DNA of 64,000 bases from an uncultured delta proteobacterium (lineage in GTDB: Bacteria > Myxococcota_A > Polyangia > Polyangiales > Polyangiaceae). The position numbers and the translations under genes are program-made. The notes below the pieces were generated by a model. That model made no database searches. It saw only the letters and a program-made list of their open reading frames with translations, and was not told the DNA's origin. Positions 21,060-31,792 of the stretch are shown one piece after another (the stretch's first letter is position 1; each line of letters opens with the position of its first letter). Where the stretch lies: positions 1,184,001 through 1,248,000 of the forward strand of contig CAWJCS010000006.1 in assembly GCA_963841435.1 (NCBI GenBank). The letters run 5' to 3'.

Positions 21060-22034
21060 TTGGTGCTCCCCGGCCTGTTCGCGCCACCGACGCTAGGCTC
21101 GCCCGCCCAGCTCACGGCCGCTGCGGCCGCGAGCCCGCGCCCCGCGGAGTGCCGCCCGGCGGGGGTCGGAGAGTGGAGCTCGATCTGGTCCCGGGTCCGT
21201 CCACCGGCGCTCATCCAGTATTGCGGCACGCTCGCGCGCGGCTTCGCCGAGCTCGGCGGGCGTCCGAAGCTCTCGCTCGAGCTTGCCACGGCGGCGGGCG
21301 CGCTCCGGCCCGGCGAGCGTTTGCCCGAGCTGCTCGCAGGGCGGGCACTGTTTCGGCTCGGTCGCACCCGCGAGGCGTGGAAGCTGCTCGAGCCGATGCT
21401 CGCTCCGGACGCGCCGGTCCTGGACCACGCGCCGTCGCTGTTCGACGTTGCCCGCGCGGCGCTTTCGGTCGATGCCCTCGACGCGGCCGAGCGCGGCTAT
21501 CGCCTGCTCATCGCCCGGGCGAGCTTGCTCGGGTCCGCGGAAGCGCGCCGCGTCGCCTTCATCGAGGCAGCGAGCCTCGTGCTCTCGCGCGGCCCCGCCG
21601 GCATCGACAGAGCTCAGGGCTATCTCGCCGAAGCCCGCGCGCTGCCGCTCGCCGGCGATCGCGACCTGATGCTCGCGCTGAGCGCGCTTGCCCTGCACCG
21701 TGCGGGGCGCCGCGAACGTGCCCGGGCCCTCGCGCGCGAAACGGACGGCCCCTGGGATCTCGAAGCCGAGCTCACGCCACTCGAGAAGGACCGCGTCTCG
21801 GCCCTTTCGCTCGGCGGCCCGCCCGGCGACGTACCCGAGCCACGGCCGCTCGCGCTGCGGCGCATCCTTTTGCGCGACGGCGAGCTGCACGCCGCGATCG
21901 CCGTGCTTGCCGAGGGTCGCGACACGGCGCTGGCGCGCGCCCACTGGCGCGCCTTTCTCGAGAGCCCCCGGGGTAAGGGGCCGTGGGCCGCGCACGCGAC
22001 CGAAGCGCTGCGCGCGCTCGGTGGCAGACCGTAA
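21060..22034 (+). CDS. Hypothetical exported helical-repeat (TPR-like) protein
   Basis: Ala/Leu-rich helical ORF coupled to the next gene (TAATG). Confidence 0.55.
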   Translation: MVLPGLFAPPTLGSPAQLTAAAAASPRPAECRPAGVGEWSSIWSRVRPPALIQYCGTLARGFAELGGRPKLSLELATAAGALRPGERLPELLAGRALFRLGRTREAWKLLEPMLAPDAPVLDHAPSLFDVARAALSVDALDAAERGYRLLIARASLLGSAEARRVAFIEAASLVLSRGPAGIDRAQGYLAEARALPLAGDRDLMLALSALALHRAGRRERARALARETDGPWDLEAELTPLEKDRVSALSLGGPPGDVPEPRPLALRRILLRDGELHAAIAVLAEGRDTALARAHWRAFLESPRGKGPWAAHATEALRALGGRP

Positions 22035-23014
22035 TGGCCGCGCGTCGACTCGTCTCGGCGCTCGTCGCGCTCGGCGTCGCCTCGGCCTTGCTCGCCACCG
22101 GTCGCGCGAGCGCCGAGCCGTCGATCTGGGAGCGAGCGCGCCGGCCCAGCGCGGCGGCCGAGGCGCGCCTGCTCTCGGCGCTCGAGCGCACGCTCGACGC
22201 GCGCTCGCTGACCCAGGCGGAGCCTGTCATCGCGCGCGACCTCGCGCGCGCCGCCGTCGCGATGAGCGACCTTTCCGGCGTGCACGACCCTGTGGACCCG
22301 CGATTGCGCTGCGTGCTCGCCGACGCGCTGCTCGCCGCCGACGTTGGCCGCGAGGCGCAAGCCGCCGAGCTCGTGCGCGTCGCCGTGGCCGAGCTTCCCG
22401 ACGGTCCGCTACTGGCCGAAGCCTACCGGCTGCTCGGCCTCGCGCTTTCGCTTCTCGACGACGCGCCGGGCGCCCGCGACGCGCACACTCGCGGGCTTCG
22501 CCTCGAGGTCGACCCGGATGCTCGCGCCACGTCCTATTACAACCGGGCCGAATCGAGCCTGCGCCTCGGTGAGCTGGTGCCGGCGAGGAAGGACTACGAG
22601 CGGGCGCTCGATCTCGCGAACGACCCCGAGATCGTCGCGCTCGCGCGCTACGGGCTCGCGCTCGCTCTCGAACGGGCCGGCAATCTGCCGACCGCTTTCG
22701 ATGCGCTCGACGGCGCAGAGCGCATTCGCCTCCCGACTCCCCCCTATGCGACACCCGACCCGCTCGAGCTGCCCGGCGTGTTCTTCGTGCCGCCCTTCGA
22801 GCGCGCCTACATCGAGGCCCTGCGCGCCATGGCGCGCGCACGGCGCGAGCCCGCCGCGGCGGCGCGCACGAGTGAGCTCGAGGTTGCCGTGGCCGCCTGG
22901 GATCGCTACCTCGAGGCGGCGCCCGTTGCGGGACCGTGGGTCGAGAACGCGCGTGCTCACCGGGCGAGCTGCCTCGCGGCGATCCACGCGCGCCCGCGCG
23001 AGCGCGCGCGCTGA
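22034..23014 (+). CDS. Exported tetratricopeptide-repeat protein
   Basis: Signal peptide ending ASA; TPR motifs YYNRAESSLRLG and ARYGLALAL. Confidence 0.7.
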   Translation: MAARRLVSALVALGVASALLATGRASAEPSIWERARRPSAAAEARLLSALERTLDARSLTQAEPVIARDLARAAVAMSDLSGVHDPVDPRLRCVLADALLAADVGREAQAAELVRVAVAELPDGPLLAEAYRLLGLALSLLDDAPGARDAHTRGLRLEVDPDARATSYYNRAESSLRLGELVPARKDYERALDLANDPEIVALARYGLALALERAGNLPTAFDALDGAERIRLPTPPYATPDPLELPGVFFVPPFERAYIEALRAMARARREPAAAARTSELEVAVAAWDRYLEAAPVAGPWVENARAHRASCLAAIHARPRERAR

Positions 23015-23049
23015 CGCCGAGGGCGCGCGTTGCTGCCCGCTCCCAGGAT

Positions 23050-24255
23050 TCAGGCCGCGTGCGGCAGCTCGGGCGGCGCGCGCAGGATGCGGCTCACCCC
23101 CTCGGCGTCCTCGACGGCTTCGAACACGGGCCTGAGGTGGGGACCGCGCGACAGCTCGCCGAATGCCCCGCTGGCCGCCACCGCGCGAGCGCGCGGGCCA
23201 TCGAGAACGAGAAATATGTCGTGCAGGCCGCCTGGCTTGGGCGCGTCGATCACGTCGAAGATGCGCTTGCGATCCAGATGCAGCTCCTCGGAGCGTCGCT
23301 GGATGAGGACGCGCTTGTTGGTGACGAGGTAGCGGGTGTGTCGGACCAGGTAGCCGCTGCGGATCACGGCATCGTAAATGAGGTAACCCGCGATGCCCGC
23401 GAGGAGCAGCACCGTCGAACCCACGCCGAGAGCGAGCAGCGCGAACGCAGGGGAGCCGAACGAGAGTCCGCCTTCGTGGACGCGCAAGAGCGCCGGATAG
23501 CCTCCGAGCCCGACGCGCACGCCGCCGGCGAGCAGCATCCCCGCGAGCGCGAGCAACCCCCATTCGCGCTGTCCGCGGGGCACGAAGCGCCGGAGCTTCT
23601 GCCGCGGGCGGGCGGACCACACGACGTGCTCGCCCACGTCGAGCCGCTGCGTGAGGGGACGATCGGCAGCGCCGCGGGGCGCGAGCCGCTCCGCGCCGCG
23701 GACGATCGCCCAAACGCGGTCGGGCGCCTGCACGCCGACGAGTCGCAGCATGAGGCGGCGCCGCAGGGCACCGATTGGCACGGCACGCACGAGCTCGACG
23801 TCGCCGGTGTCGGGCCGGCTATCGTCCCAATAGATGCGGGCGAAGCTGATCGAGCGTCGCTCGATGGAGCGACGCAACGGTCCGTAGATCGCGATCACGT
23901 GCAGCTCGGTCACGACGTAGCGCGCGCGCGAAAGGAGCAGGCGCGGCACCTGCAGCACGGCGAGGCCGAGAGCGGCGCACCAGAACGCGAAGAACAAGAG
24001 GCCGCCGAAAGGCGCGTGCAGCACGAGCGCGACCACGATGGCAAACGAGAGCGTGATCCCCGAGCCGACGAACGACACGGCCGAGAGCGAGCGCTGCAGG
24101 GCGTTGGGCCGCACCACCGCGGGCCGGCCGGTCCACACGATGCGCTCGCCGAAGAGGGAATCGCGTAGCAAGGTTCGTGGGGATTCGGGCACGTACCCGA
24201 ATCTTCCCCAATCATTGGGGGTTTGTCGTCTGCGGTCAAAGTTGCCAGGCTTCAT
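23050..24255 (-). CDS. Membrane protein with two tandem TM-TM-bacterial PH (bPH) modules
   Basis: Internal duplication: GERIVWTGRP...RYVVTE and GEHVVWSARP...RYLVTNKRV. Confidence 0.7.
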   Translation of the reverse strand: MKPGNFDRRRQTPNDWGRFGYVPESPRTLLRDSLFGERIVWTGRPAVVRPNALQRSLSAVSFVGSGITLSFAIVVALVLHAPFGGLLFFAFWCAALGLAVLQVPRLLLSRARYVVTELHVIAIYGPLRRSIERRSISFARIYWDDSRPDTGDVELVRAVPIGALRRRLMLRLVGVQAPDRVWAIVRGAERLAPRGAADRPLTQRLDVGEHVVWSARPRQKLRRFVPRGQREWGLLALAGMLLAGGVRVGLGGYPALLRVHEGGLSFGSPAFALLALGVGSTVLLLAGIAGYLIYDAVIRSGYLVRHTRYLVTNKRVLIQRRSEELHLDRKRIFDVIDAPKPGGLHDIFLVLDGPRARAVAASGAFGELSRGPHLRPVFEAVEDAEGVSRILRAPPELPHAA

Positions 24256-24386
24256 CGCCGAAAGAAACGCAGGGCGCGCGCCTTTCTTTGGCTCCGGAGC
24301 GTGCTTGGAAGGCCGCGTTGGGCATGTCGGCGCGCCGCCCCCGCCGTCGCGAGCGGTCGTGGTCCGCCGCCGTGGTACGATCAGGC

Positions 24387-25832
24387 ATGCCGCGCCGGCT
24401 CCGGCTCAGCGTAGCCGCCTGCTTCGCTTTCGGAACCCATGCGCTCTGCGTCGCGCTTGTCGGGTTTTTGCTCGGCTGCGGCGAGAGCAAGGGCACCGAT
24501 CCGGACGTTGCCGCTGGGTCGTCGGGCAAAGGAGGCGGCCCCGGAGCGGGCGGGACCGGCGGCACAGGCGCGTCGAGTGGCGCGACGGGCGGCACGTCGA
24601 GCGGCGGGACCTCGTCGGGCTCGGGCGGCACGTCGAGCGGCGGTGCGAGCGGCGACGCCGGTGCTGCGGGCGAGGGGGGAGCCGCTGGCGCGGGACCACG
24701 GCCCGAAGTCGCGCTCGACCCGCGCTTCGAAAAGATCACGCTCCACCGTTCGTTTTATTGCGAAGGCAGCACGTTCGGCGACTTCGACCAGGACGGCGTG
24801 ACCGACGTCGCCATGGGCCCCGACTGGTATGCGGGCCCCGACTACGCCGAGCGCCATCCGATCTGGCCGCGACCCGATCCGCCGTTCGACGTGAGAAGCT
24901 ACTCGGACTGCTTCTTCCAGTGGGCGCGGGATTTCGACGCCGACGGCTACCCGGACGTGCTGGTCGTCGGGTTTCCGGGGCAGAACCTCACCTGGTACCA
25001 GAACCCAGGCTCGGCTGGCGGCGACTTCATTCGGCACGACGTGTTCTTCGGCGTCGACGGCGAGTCGCCCGCGTTCACCGACGTGACGGGTGACGGCGAG
25101 CCCGAGCTCGTGTTCATGACGGGCGGCGCGCTCGGCTTTGCCGGGCCGGACCCCACCGATCCGACGGCGGCCTGGGTGTTCCACCCGCTATCCGAGCCGC
25201 GCGCCTACCAGGCCTTCACGCACGGGCTCGGCGTGGGCGACGTTGACGGCGATGGTCACGCAGACGTGCTCGAGGCGACGGGTTACTTCGTCGGGCCGGA
25301 TTCGGTGGCCGGGTTTCCGCTCTGGGCGCGCGTCGACCAGGCCTTCGGTGGCGGCGGCGCTCAAATGGAAACGCGCGACGTTGACGGCGACGGAGATGCG
25401 GACATCATCGCGACGCTCGCTGCTCACGGCTACGGGCTCGCCTGGTACGAACAGGGGCCGGCGGGCGCGTCGCCGCCGTTCACCGAGCACGTCCTCGTGC
25501 CGGGTACCGATCCACTGCCCGACGACTCCGTGATCTTGCACGAGCCGCACGCCCTCGCGATGGCCGACATCGATGGCGACGGCCTCGACGACATCGTCAC
25601 CGGCGAGCGGCACTGGGGACACATCCCGGGCGGCGACGCGTCGTTCGACACGCCCGGGCGACTCTATTGGTTCGAGCACGTCGAGGGAAGCGATACGGCC
25701 TTCGTGCCCCACCTCATCGACGACGACTCGGGCGTCGGCACGCAGGTGACCGTCGGCGACGTGAACGGCGACGACCGGCCGGACATCGTCGTTTCGAACA
25801 AAAAGGGCGCCTTCGTCTTCCGCCAGCGCTGA
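24387..25832 (+). CDS. FG-GAP/VCBS repeat lipoprotein
   Basis: Lipobox LLGC, Gly/Ser/Thr linker and about seven DxDGDG Ca-binding repeats. Confidence 0.85.
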   Translation: MPRRLRLSVAACFAFGTHALCVALVGFLLGCGESKGTDPDVAAGSSGKGGGPGAGGTGGTGASSGATGGTSSGGTSSGSGGTSSGGASGDAGAAGEGGAAGAGPRPEVALDPRFEKITLHRSFYCEGSTFGDFDQDGVTDVAMGPDWYAGPDYAERHPIWPRPDPPFDVRSYSDCFFQWARDFDADGYPDVLVVGFPGQNLTWYQNPGSAGGDFIRHDVFFGVDGESPAFTDVTGDGEPELVFMTGGALGFAGPDPTDPTAAWVFHPLSEPRAYQAFTHGLGVGDVDGDGHADVLEATGYFVGPDSVAGFPLWARVDQAFGGGGAQMETRDVDGDGDADIIATLAAHGYGLAWYEQGPAGASPPFTEHVLVPGTDPLPDDSVILHEPHALAMADIDGDGLDDIVTGERHWGHIPGGDASFDTPGRLYWFEHVEGSDTAFVPHLIDDDSGVGTQVTVGDVNGDDRPDIVVSNKKGAFVFRQR

Positions 25833-25858
25833 CCGCGCGGCGCTGGCGCGCGAAGCGC

Positions 25859-26971
25859 TCAGGTCGCGCTCGGAGCAACGAACACGACCTCGACGCGTTC
25901 GTTCCGGGCCGCCGCTCCGGGCTGCTTGCGATCGAGGCCCGGCAGCGCATTGCCCACGCTGGTCGCCTCGACGCTCGGGGCGCCGTGCTCGACGAGCGCC
26001 GTGCGGGCGCGGTCGGCGCGCGCGGTTTCCACGGGCTCGGGCAGGCGAGCCGCGGCATGCACGACGACGAGCACGGGGAAATCCGGGTGGGTCTTCGCCA
26101 CGGCGGCAAGCTCCGTCATGCGCTGCCGAGCTTCCGTCGTGAGCTCGTCGCCCTTGCCGAACGGGTGCGTCAGCGTCACGACGACGCCGCGATCGTCGCG
26201 GCTCGGTCCGAGGGACGCCTCGCTCAACTCGGCGAGAAGGCGATCGGCGAGCGGGCTCGCGGGGTCCTTTTGGGTGCGCGGGCGTCGCGCGTTCGTGAGG
26301 GCCTTGAGGCAGGCCGTGCGCGCGGCGCGGGCCTCGTCGAGCGGCGCCATCGGAGCCTTCGGCAGCCGTGCCTCGAGATCGCTCACGCCCGCGCTCGCCG
26401 CCTCGAGCGTTTCGACCTTGGGGTCGATCAAGCGCGCCGACATGCAGAGCAACCGCGCCTGCGCCGCGAGCGCGCGTGCCGCGTCGCGCCGTGCGAGCTC
26501 GCGCTCGGGCGACGACGGCGGGCCGCTCTCGGGCATCGGTAGCGTCTCCCGGGCGACCTTGAGTCTGAGCGTGACGGCGCGGAGCTCCGCGTCGACCGAC
26601 GCCTGGGTCTCCGCCTGCTTCGCGAGCTCTGCTTCGCGGCTTGCGAGCTGGGCCGTTGCCGCCTGGGCGCGGGCCTGCGCGCGGAGCAGCGCGGCGAGCG
26701 TGACGGCGCGGTCGTAGGCGGCCGCGGCGCGCTCCCCGAGGATCTGCGCCGTGGCGCCGTCGCCGTCGTCGTGAGCCTGCTCGGCGCGGCGGCGAAGGTC
26801 TTCGGCTCGGGCCCAGGCCTGAGGCGCGCCGCGGCGCGCGACGGAGACCTGCGGGCTAGCGCTCGTGCGGTCGAGCTCGGAAAGAACGCGCGGCCGTGGC
26901 GCGGACGCGCACGCGAGCGTCGCGCAGGCGACGAGAGCGAAGCAAAGCTTCCCGAAAGGCACGCGGCTCAT
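25859..26971 (-). CDS. Lipoprotein with coiled coil and degenerate C-terminal OmpA-like domain
   Basis: Lipobox TLAC, DRGVVVTL and terminal RNERVEVVF. Confidence 0.7.
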   Translation of the reverse strand: MSRVPFGKLCFALVACATLACASAPRPRVLSELDRTSASPQVSVARRGAPQAWARAEDLRRRAEQAHDDGDGATAQILGERAAAAYDRAVTLAALLRAQARAQAATAQLASREAELAKQAETQASVDAELRAVTLRLKVARETLPMPESGPPSSPERELARRDAARALAAQARLLCMSARLIDPKVETLEAASAGVSDLEARLPKAPMAPLDEARAARTACLKALTNARRPRTQKDPASPLADRLLAELSEASLGPSRDDRGVVVTLTHPFGKGDELTTEARQRMTELAAVAKTHPDFPVLVVVHAAARLPEPVETARADRARTALVEHGAPSVEATSVGNALPGLDRKQPGAAARNERVEVVFVAPSAT

Positions 26972-27465
26972 TCTTCTTGCGCCTTCGCCTTTTTGCGCTG
27001 CTTCGCCGCTGGTGCGGGCGGCGGGGGCGGCTGACTCTGCTGGCGCTCGAGCTCGGCGAACTCCGCTTCGGTCCGCGCGCGCTGGGCGATCGTCTGCTCG
27101 ATCAGGGCTCGCGCGCGCTCGAGCTTGGCGTCGGCGTCGATGACCTTCCGCTCGAGCTCGTTCGCCTCGGCCTGTGCGGCGGCGAGTCGAGCGCGATCGC
27201 GGGCCGCCTCCGCCCATTCGAGCGCGAGCGCTTCGAGCTCGGCGCCGTGGCGGTGGTCGCCGGCGAGCCGTGCCCGATCGGCACGCACGAGCGCCCGGCG
27301 GGCTTCGGAAAGCGCTGCCGAAACGCCGGCTCCCGAGGCCTTTTGCCGGTCGAGCTGGGCGACGAGCGCGCGCGCGGCGTCACGAGGTTTCGGCGCCGCG
27401 TATGCCGGCGCGAGCGCCAACAGGGCCGTGAGGGTGACGGGGAGCCATCGCAGGCGTCGCTGCAC
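26968..27465 (-). CDS. Exported coiled-coil protein (DUF4398-like partner of the OmpA-like gene)
   Basis: GTG at 27465, signal peptide and heptad-rich helix; its stop overlaps the next start (ATGA). Confidence 0.55.
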   Translation of the reverse strand: MQRRLRWLPVTLTALLALAPAYAAPKPRDAARALVAQLDRQKASGAGVSAALSEARRALVRADRARLAGDHRHGAELEALALEWAEAARDRARLAAAQAEANELERKVIDADAKLERARALIEQTIAQRARTEAEFAELERQQSQPPPPPAPAAKQRKKAKAQEE

Positions 27466-27588
27466 GGGCGAACCAAGCCACCGACCTGGGGCGCGGTCAA
27501 GCCCGCGGCGGGCCGCGCCATGGGCTCCCGTCGGGGGCCGCGCGGCCGGGCTGCCGCGCGGGGCGGGAACCGGTGTAAGGAAGCGGTC

Positions 27589-28032
27589 ATGAGCGAGACA
27601 CGCCGCATGACCTGGGACGAGTACTTCATGGCCGTCGGGCGCGTCGTTTCGACGCGCTCGACCTGCGACCGCAAGCACGTCGGGGCCGTCATGGTGCGTG
27701 ACCGCATGATCCTCGCGACCGGCTACAACGGTTCGATCCGCGGCCTCGCACACTGCGACGACGAGGGTCACATGATGGAGGACGGGCATTGCGTGCGTAC
27801 CGTCCACGCCGAGGCGAACGCCATCGTTCAGGCTGCTCGCAATGGCGTGCGGCTCGAGGGTGCGGACATCTACGTGACGGCGTCGCCCTGCTTCGGATGC
27901 TTCAAGCTGATCGCCAACGCAGGCGTCAAGCGCATCGTTTTCGGAGAATTCTACCGAGACCAGCGCATTTTCGAGCTGAGCAAGACGCTGTCGATCGAGC
28001 TTTTGCACTTACCCATCGAGTCGATTCCCTGA
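27589..28032 (+). CDS. dCMP deaminase (ComEB-like)
   Basis: RSTC, TGYNG, HAEANA and PCFGC zinc motifs. Confidence 0.92.
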   Translation: MSETRRMTWDEYFMAVGRVVSTRSTCDRKHVGAVMVRDRMILATGYNGSIRGLAHCDDEGHMMEDGHCVRTVHAEANAIVQAARNGVRLEGADIYVTASPCFGCFKLIANAGVKRIVFGEFYRDQRIFELSKTLSIELLHLPIESIP

Positions 28033-28665
28033 GATTCGAAAGAGCGTCGTCGCGTCCTCGGACTGATGGCGCTGCCGCAGTCGCTCGAGCAAGAGCTCAC
28101 GCTCGTCGGGAACGGGCAGCTCCGTGAGCTGATTGGCTCGCGTTCTCAGCGCTTCGAGCGCGCGGCGTCGCCGCTCGGTGTAGTCGGGCGCGGTCGTCAC
28201 CGCCGCCGTGTCCGCCGGAGCCGGGCTCGCCGCGTCCGATGTGCCCGCGGCTTCGGGGGTGGAGGGCGTCGTCCCGGGCGTCGAGCCGTTCTCGGGGCTC
28301 GGCGGCGACGGCTCGGGAGGGCGTAGCGACGGGCGATCGCTCAGCTCGACCGCGCGATCGAGAAACGTCTTGGTCGAAGCGCCGTAGCGCTTGAAGCGCA
28401 CGCGCAGGCCGCCGGGGCGTGCTCCACGGGGCTCCACGTTCGCGAGCACGCGAGCCTCGGCTCGGATCGGGCGCGAGCCGTCACCGAGCGTCACCTCGAG
28501 CATCACCGCCGTACCGGGCGGCAGCTCGGCCTCGCCGATGAGCAGCATCGTGCGCGTGTCCATCGTCCACGCCTCGTGCTTGAGGTATTCGTCCGCATTG
28601 GGGTAGGGGCGAATCACGTGCAGGGCGAGCGGCTCGGACACGGATAGCCCAGAATCATGCCACAC
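28009..28665 (-). CDS. Hypothetical protein with degenerate PilZ-like (myxobacterial TIGR02266-like) domain
   Basis: Beta-barrel pattern LPPGTAVMLEVTL...AEARV...GGLRVRF followed by a Pro-rich linker; no RxxxR motif seen. Confidence 0.55.
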   Translation of the reverse strand: MWHDSGLSVSEPLALHVIRPYPNADEYLKHEAWTMDTRTMLLIGEAELPPGTAVMLEVTLGDGSRPIRAEARVLANVEPRGARPGGLRVRFKRYGASTKTFLDRAVELSDRPSLRPPEPSPPSPENGSTPGTTPSTPEAAGTSDAASPAPADTAAVTTAPDYTERRRRALEALRTRANQLTELPVPDERELLLERLRQRHQSEDATTLFRISGNRLDG

Positions 28666-28780
28666 GTCCTCCCGACGCTTCCACGCTCGTCGTCACGCCC
28701 AGCGACGGCGTCGACGGGCGGGCGGCGCCGCGGGCGCCCGGGCCCTAGCCGCCCTGGCCGGGCCGCGCTAAACGGCCCCC

Positions 28781-30076
28781 GTGCCCGGGCGTCGCAAGGT
28801 ACTGGTCGTCGGATCCGGCGGACGAGAGCACGCTCTCGCACTCCGGCTGCTCGAGTCCGACAGTGTGGGAGAGGTGCTCGTCACACCCGGAAACGCTGGG
28901 ACTCACCGTGCGCCACCGTGGCTCGCCGGCAAGGCGTTGCGGAGCCTGCCCGGCTCGCCGCTCGAGATGGCCCGCCGAGAAGCCCCCGATCTGACCGTGA
29001 TCGGTCCCGAGGCGCCGCTCTGCGAGGGCCTCACCGACGAGCTCGCCGCCGCGGGGCACCTCGTGTTCGGGCCGAGCCTCCTCGCCGCGCGGCTCGAGGG
29101 GAGCAAGGCTTTCATGAAGGAGCTCGCCGGGCGACACGGGGTGCCCACGGCTCGCTACCGAGTCGTCCGGGACCCGGCGGCGCTCGGGGCGGCCCTCGAC
29201 GCGTTCGATGCACCCCCCGTCGTCAAGGCTGACGGCCTGTGTGCCGGCAAGGGGGTGGTGGTCGCGGAGAGTCGCGCCGAGGCCGAGCGGAGCGCGGCCC
29301 GCATGCTGAGCGGCGAGGCGTTCGGCGAGGCGGGTCGCACGGTCGTGCTCGAGGAGCGCCTCAGCGGTGCAGAGCTGAGCGTGCACGCCATCGCCGACGG
29401 CGAGCGCTTCGTCCTATTGCCCCCCGCCCAAGATCACAAGCGCCTGCTCGAGGGCGATCGGGGCCCCAACACGGGCGGCATGGGCACGCTGTCGCCGTCG
29501 CCACTCGCGACCCCCGCGCTCGTCGAGCGTGTCGGTCGCGAGATCATCCAGCCGACGCTCGCCGGCATGGCGGCCGAGGGTCACCCGTTTCGTGGCGCGC
29601 TGTTCGCCGGGATCATGGTGAAACCCGACGGCGTGCCTTCGTTGCTCGAGTTCAACGTGCGCTTCGGCGACCCCGAGACGCAGGTGCTGACGCTAACCCT
29701 GGAGGGTGATTTTTGTGACGCCCTCGTGGCGGCCGCTCGGGGCGAGCTCGACCCGAACAGTCTGCGCGCGAGCGGCGAGCACGCCGTGTGCGTCGTGCTC
29801 GCTGCGCACGGATACCCCGAAGCGCCGCGCCGGGGCGACGCCATTTTGGGCCTGTCCGCGGCCGAGGCGTTGCCGGGGGTGCGCGTGTTCCACGCCGGGA
29901 CGGCGCTGTCCGGGGGCGCAGTCGTCACCGCGGGCGGCCGCGTGCTCGGTGTCGCGGCGAAGGCCGGCTCGCTCGGCGACGCGCACGCGCGCGCCTACGA
30001 GGCCGTGGCGCTGATTTCCTTCGACGGCATGCAGTTTCGCACCGACGTTGCCGCCGGAGCCCTCGGAGCAGCGTGA
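28781..30076 (+). CDS. purD: Phosphoribosylamine-glycine ligase
   Basis: GSGGREHAL, LEGSK, GPNTGGMG and EFNVRFGDPE motifs. Confidence 0.97.
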   Translation: MPGRRKVLVVGSGGREHALALRLLESDSVGEVLVTPGNAGTHRAPPWLAGKALRSLPGSPLEMARREAPDLTVIGPEAPLCEGLTDELAAAGHLVFGPSLLAARLEGSKAFMKELAGRHGVPTARYRVVRDPAALGAALDAFDAPPVVKADGLCAGKGVVVAESRAEAERSAARMLSGEAFGEAGRTVVLEERLSGAELSVHAIADGERFVLLPPAQDHKRLLEGDRGPNTGGMGTLSPSPLATPALVERVGREIIQPTLAGMAAEGHPFRGALFAGIMVKPDGVPSLLEFNVRFGDPETQVLTLTLEGDFCDALVAAARGELDPNSLRASGEHAVCVVLAAHGYPEAPRRGDAILGLSAAEALPGVRVFHAGTALSGGAVVTAGGRVLGVAAKAGSLGDAHARAYEAVALISFDGMQFRTDVAAGALGAA

Positions 30077-30702
30077 CCCCGCTCGTCGAGGCGCTCGAGC
30101 GCGGCTCGGTCGTCGCCATCGCCACGGAGTCGTTCTTCGGCCTGCTTGCCGACGCAACGAACCCGGCGGCGCTCGACTGCCTCGGCTCGCTCAAGCCGCG
30201 CGGCTCGGACAAGGCCGTCGGTCTCATCGTGCCGTCCCGCGAAAGTTGGGCTCCGCTCGTCGAGGCAATCCCCGACGGGGCGCGCGCGCTCGCCGACATG
30301 TTCTGGCCGGGGCCGCTCACGCTGGCCGTGCGCGCCGCCGCCCGTCTCGACCCGCGGATCACGGCGGACGGTCGTGTGGCGGTCCGCGAGCCCGGTGCTT
30401 CGCCCGCGAGCGAGCTTGCCCGTCGCTTCGGCCGGCCCTTGACGGCGACGAGCGCGAACCTTCCCGGGGCACCCCCCGCCGTCCTGTCGAGCGAAGTGGA
30501 AAGGAGCTTCACTGAGGCAATTTTCGACGGTCGTCTCGTGGTGGCACCCGGCGAAAGCCCGGGTGGCTTGCCGTCCACCCTGGTCGCCGTGGACCCGGGT
30601 AGCGTGCGGCTGCTGCGGCAAGGGGCCGTCCCGACCGACGCGCTGCTCGCCGTTCTCGGGCCCCTGGGCCTCGATCTTGACCGCGTCGCTTCCCGTGGCT
30701 AG
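30073..30702 (+). CDS. tsaC: L-threonylcarbamoyladenylate synthase (Sua5/YrdC)
   Basis: [18 protein letters not shown] and TATSAN motifs. Confidence 0.88.
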   Translation: MTPLVEALERGSVVAIATESFFGLLADATNPAALDCLGSLKPRGSDKAVGLIVPSRESWAPLVEAIPDGARALADMFWPGPLTLAVRAAARLDPRITADGRVAVREPGASPASELARRFGRPLTATSANLPGAPPAVLSSEVERSFTEAIFDGRLVVAPGESPGGLPSTLVAVDPGSVRLLRQGAVPTDALLAVLGPLGLDLDRVASRG

Positions 30703-30712
30703 CAAGCCTGCC

Positions 30713-31792
30713 ATGGAAAGAGCGAAGAACTTCAATGCGGGCCCCGCGGCGCTGCCGCTCGCCGCCCTCGAGCGCGCCCAAGCAGAGCTCCTCGATCTCG
30801 CTGGCACTGGCATGAGCGTGATGGAGCACAGCCATCGCGGAAAGGCCTACGAGGCCGTTCACAACGAGGCGCTTGCCCTCGCACGTGAGCTTCTGGGCGT
30901 CCCCGACCAGTATCAGATCCTGCTGCTGCAGGGCGGCGCGAGCCAGCAGTTCGCCATGCTGCCCATGAACCTCTTGCCCGCGGGCAAGAGCGCCGACTAC
31001 GTCATCACGGGCTCGTGGTCGCAGAAGGCCATCAAGGAGGGCAAGTCGGTGGGCACGGTGCGCGTCGCGGGCACCACGGAGAAGGACGGCAAGTTCGGCC
31101 GCATTCCGGCGCAGAGCGAGCTCACGCTCGACGCGGGCGCCGCCTACGCCCACATCACGAGCAACAACACGATCTTCGGCACGCAGTGGCACGAGTTCCC
31201 GAGCACCGGCAGCGTTCCGCTCGTCGCGGACATGTCGAGCGACATCATGTGGCGCCCGATCGATGTCTCGAAGTTCGGTCTGATCTACGCCGGAGCCCAG
31301 AAGAACCTCGGCCCGAGCGGCCTCGCTCTCGTGATCGTGCGAAAGGATCTGGTCGAGGGCGGAAGAAAGGACATCCCCGCGATCTTCCAGTATCGCACGC
31401 ACGCCGAGAACAACTCGCTCTACAACACGCCACCGACGTTCTCGGTGTACGTGCTGCGCAACGTGCTCGACGAGCTGAAGAAGAACGGTGGCCTCGTCGC
31501 CATGGAGAAGAAGAACCGCGAGAAGGCGGCCCTCCTCTACGCTGCGATCGACTCCCGCCCCGATTTCTACGCTTCGCCCGTCGAGAAAGGCTCGCGTTCG
31601 ACGATGAACGTCGTCTTCACGTTGAAGACCCCCGAGCTCGAGGCGGAGTTCCTCGCCGAGGCCAAGAAGCAGAAGATGGAAGGCCTCAAGGGCCATCGCT
31701 CGGTCGGCGGCATGCGCGCGTCGATCTACAACGCGGTGCCGCTCGAGAACGTGCAGGCGCTCGCCGACCTGATGCGGAAGTTCAAAGCCTGA
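30713..31792 (+). CDS. serC: Phosphoserine aminotransferase
   Basis: [17 protein letters not shown] and [15 protein letters not shown] motifs. Confidence 0.97.
   Translation: MERAKNFNAGPAALPLAALERAQAELLDLAGTGMSVMEHSHRGKAYEAVHNEALALARELLGVPDQYQILLLQGGASQQFAMLPMNLLPAGKSADYVITGSWSQKAIKEGKSVGTVRVAGTTEKDGKFGRIPAQSELTLDAGAAYAHITSNNTIFGTQWHEFPSTGSVPLVADMSSDIMWRPIDVSKFGLIYAGAQKNLGPSGLALVIVRKDLVEGGRKDIPAIFQYRTHAENNSLYNTPPTFSVYVLRNVLDELKKNGGLVAMEKKNREKAALLYAAIDSRPDFYASPVEKGSRSTMNVVFTLKTPELEAEFLAEAKKQKMEGLKGHRSVGGMRASIYNAVPLENVQALADLMRKFKA

Noticed and set aside
23050-24255. Photosynthetic assembly protein PuhB (also a bPH protein)
   Set aside because: No photosynthesis genes in the window; a generic bPH duplication is sufficient.
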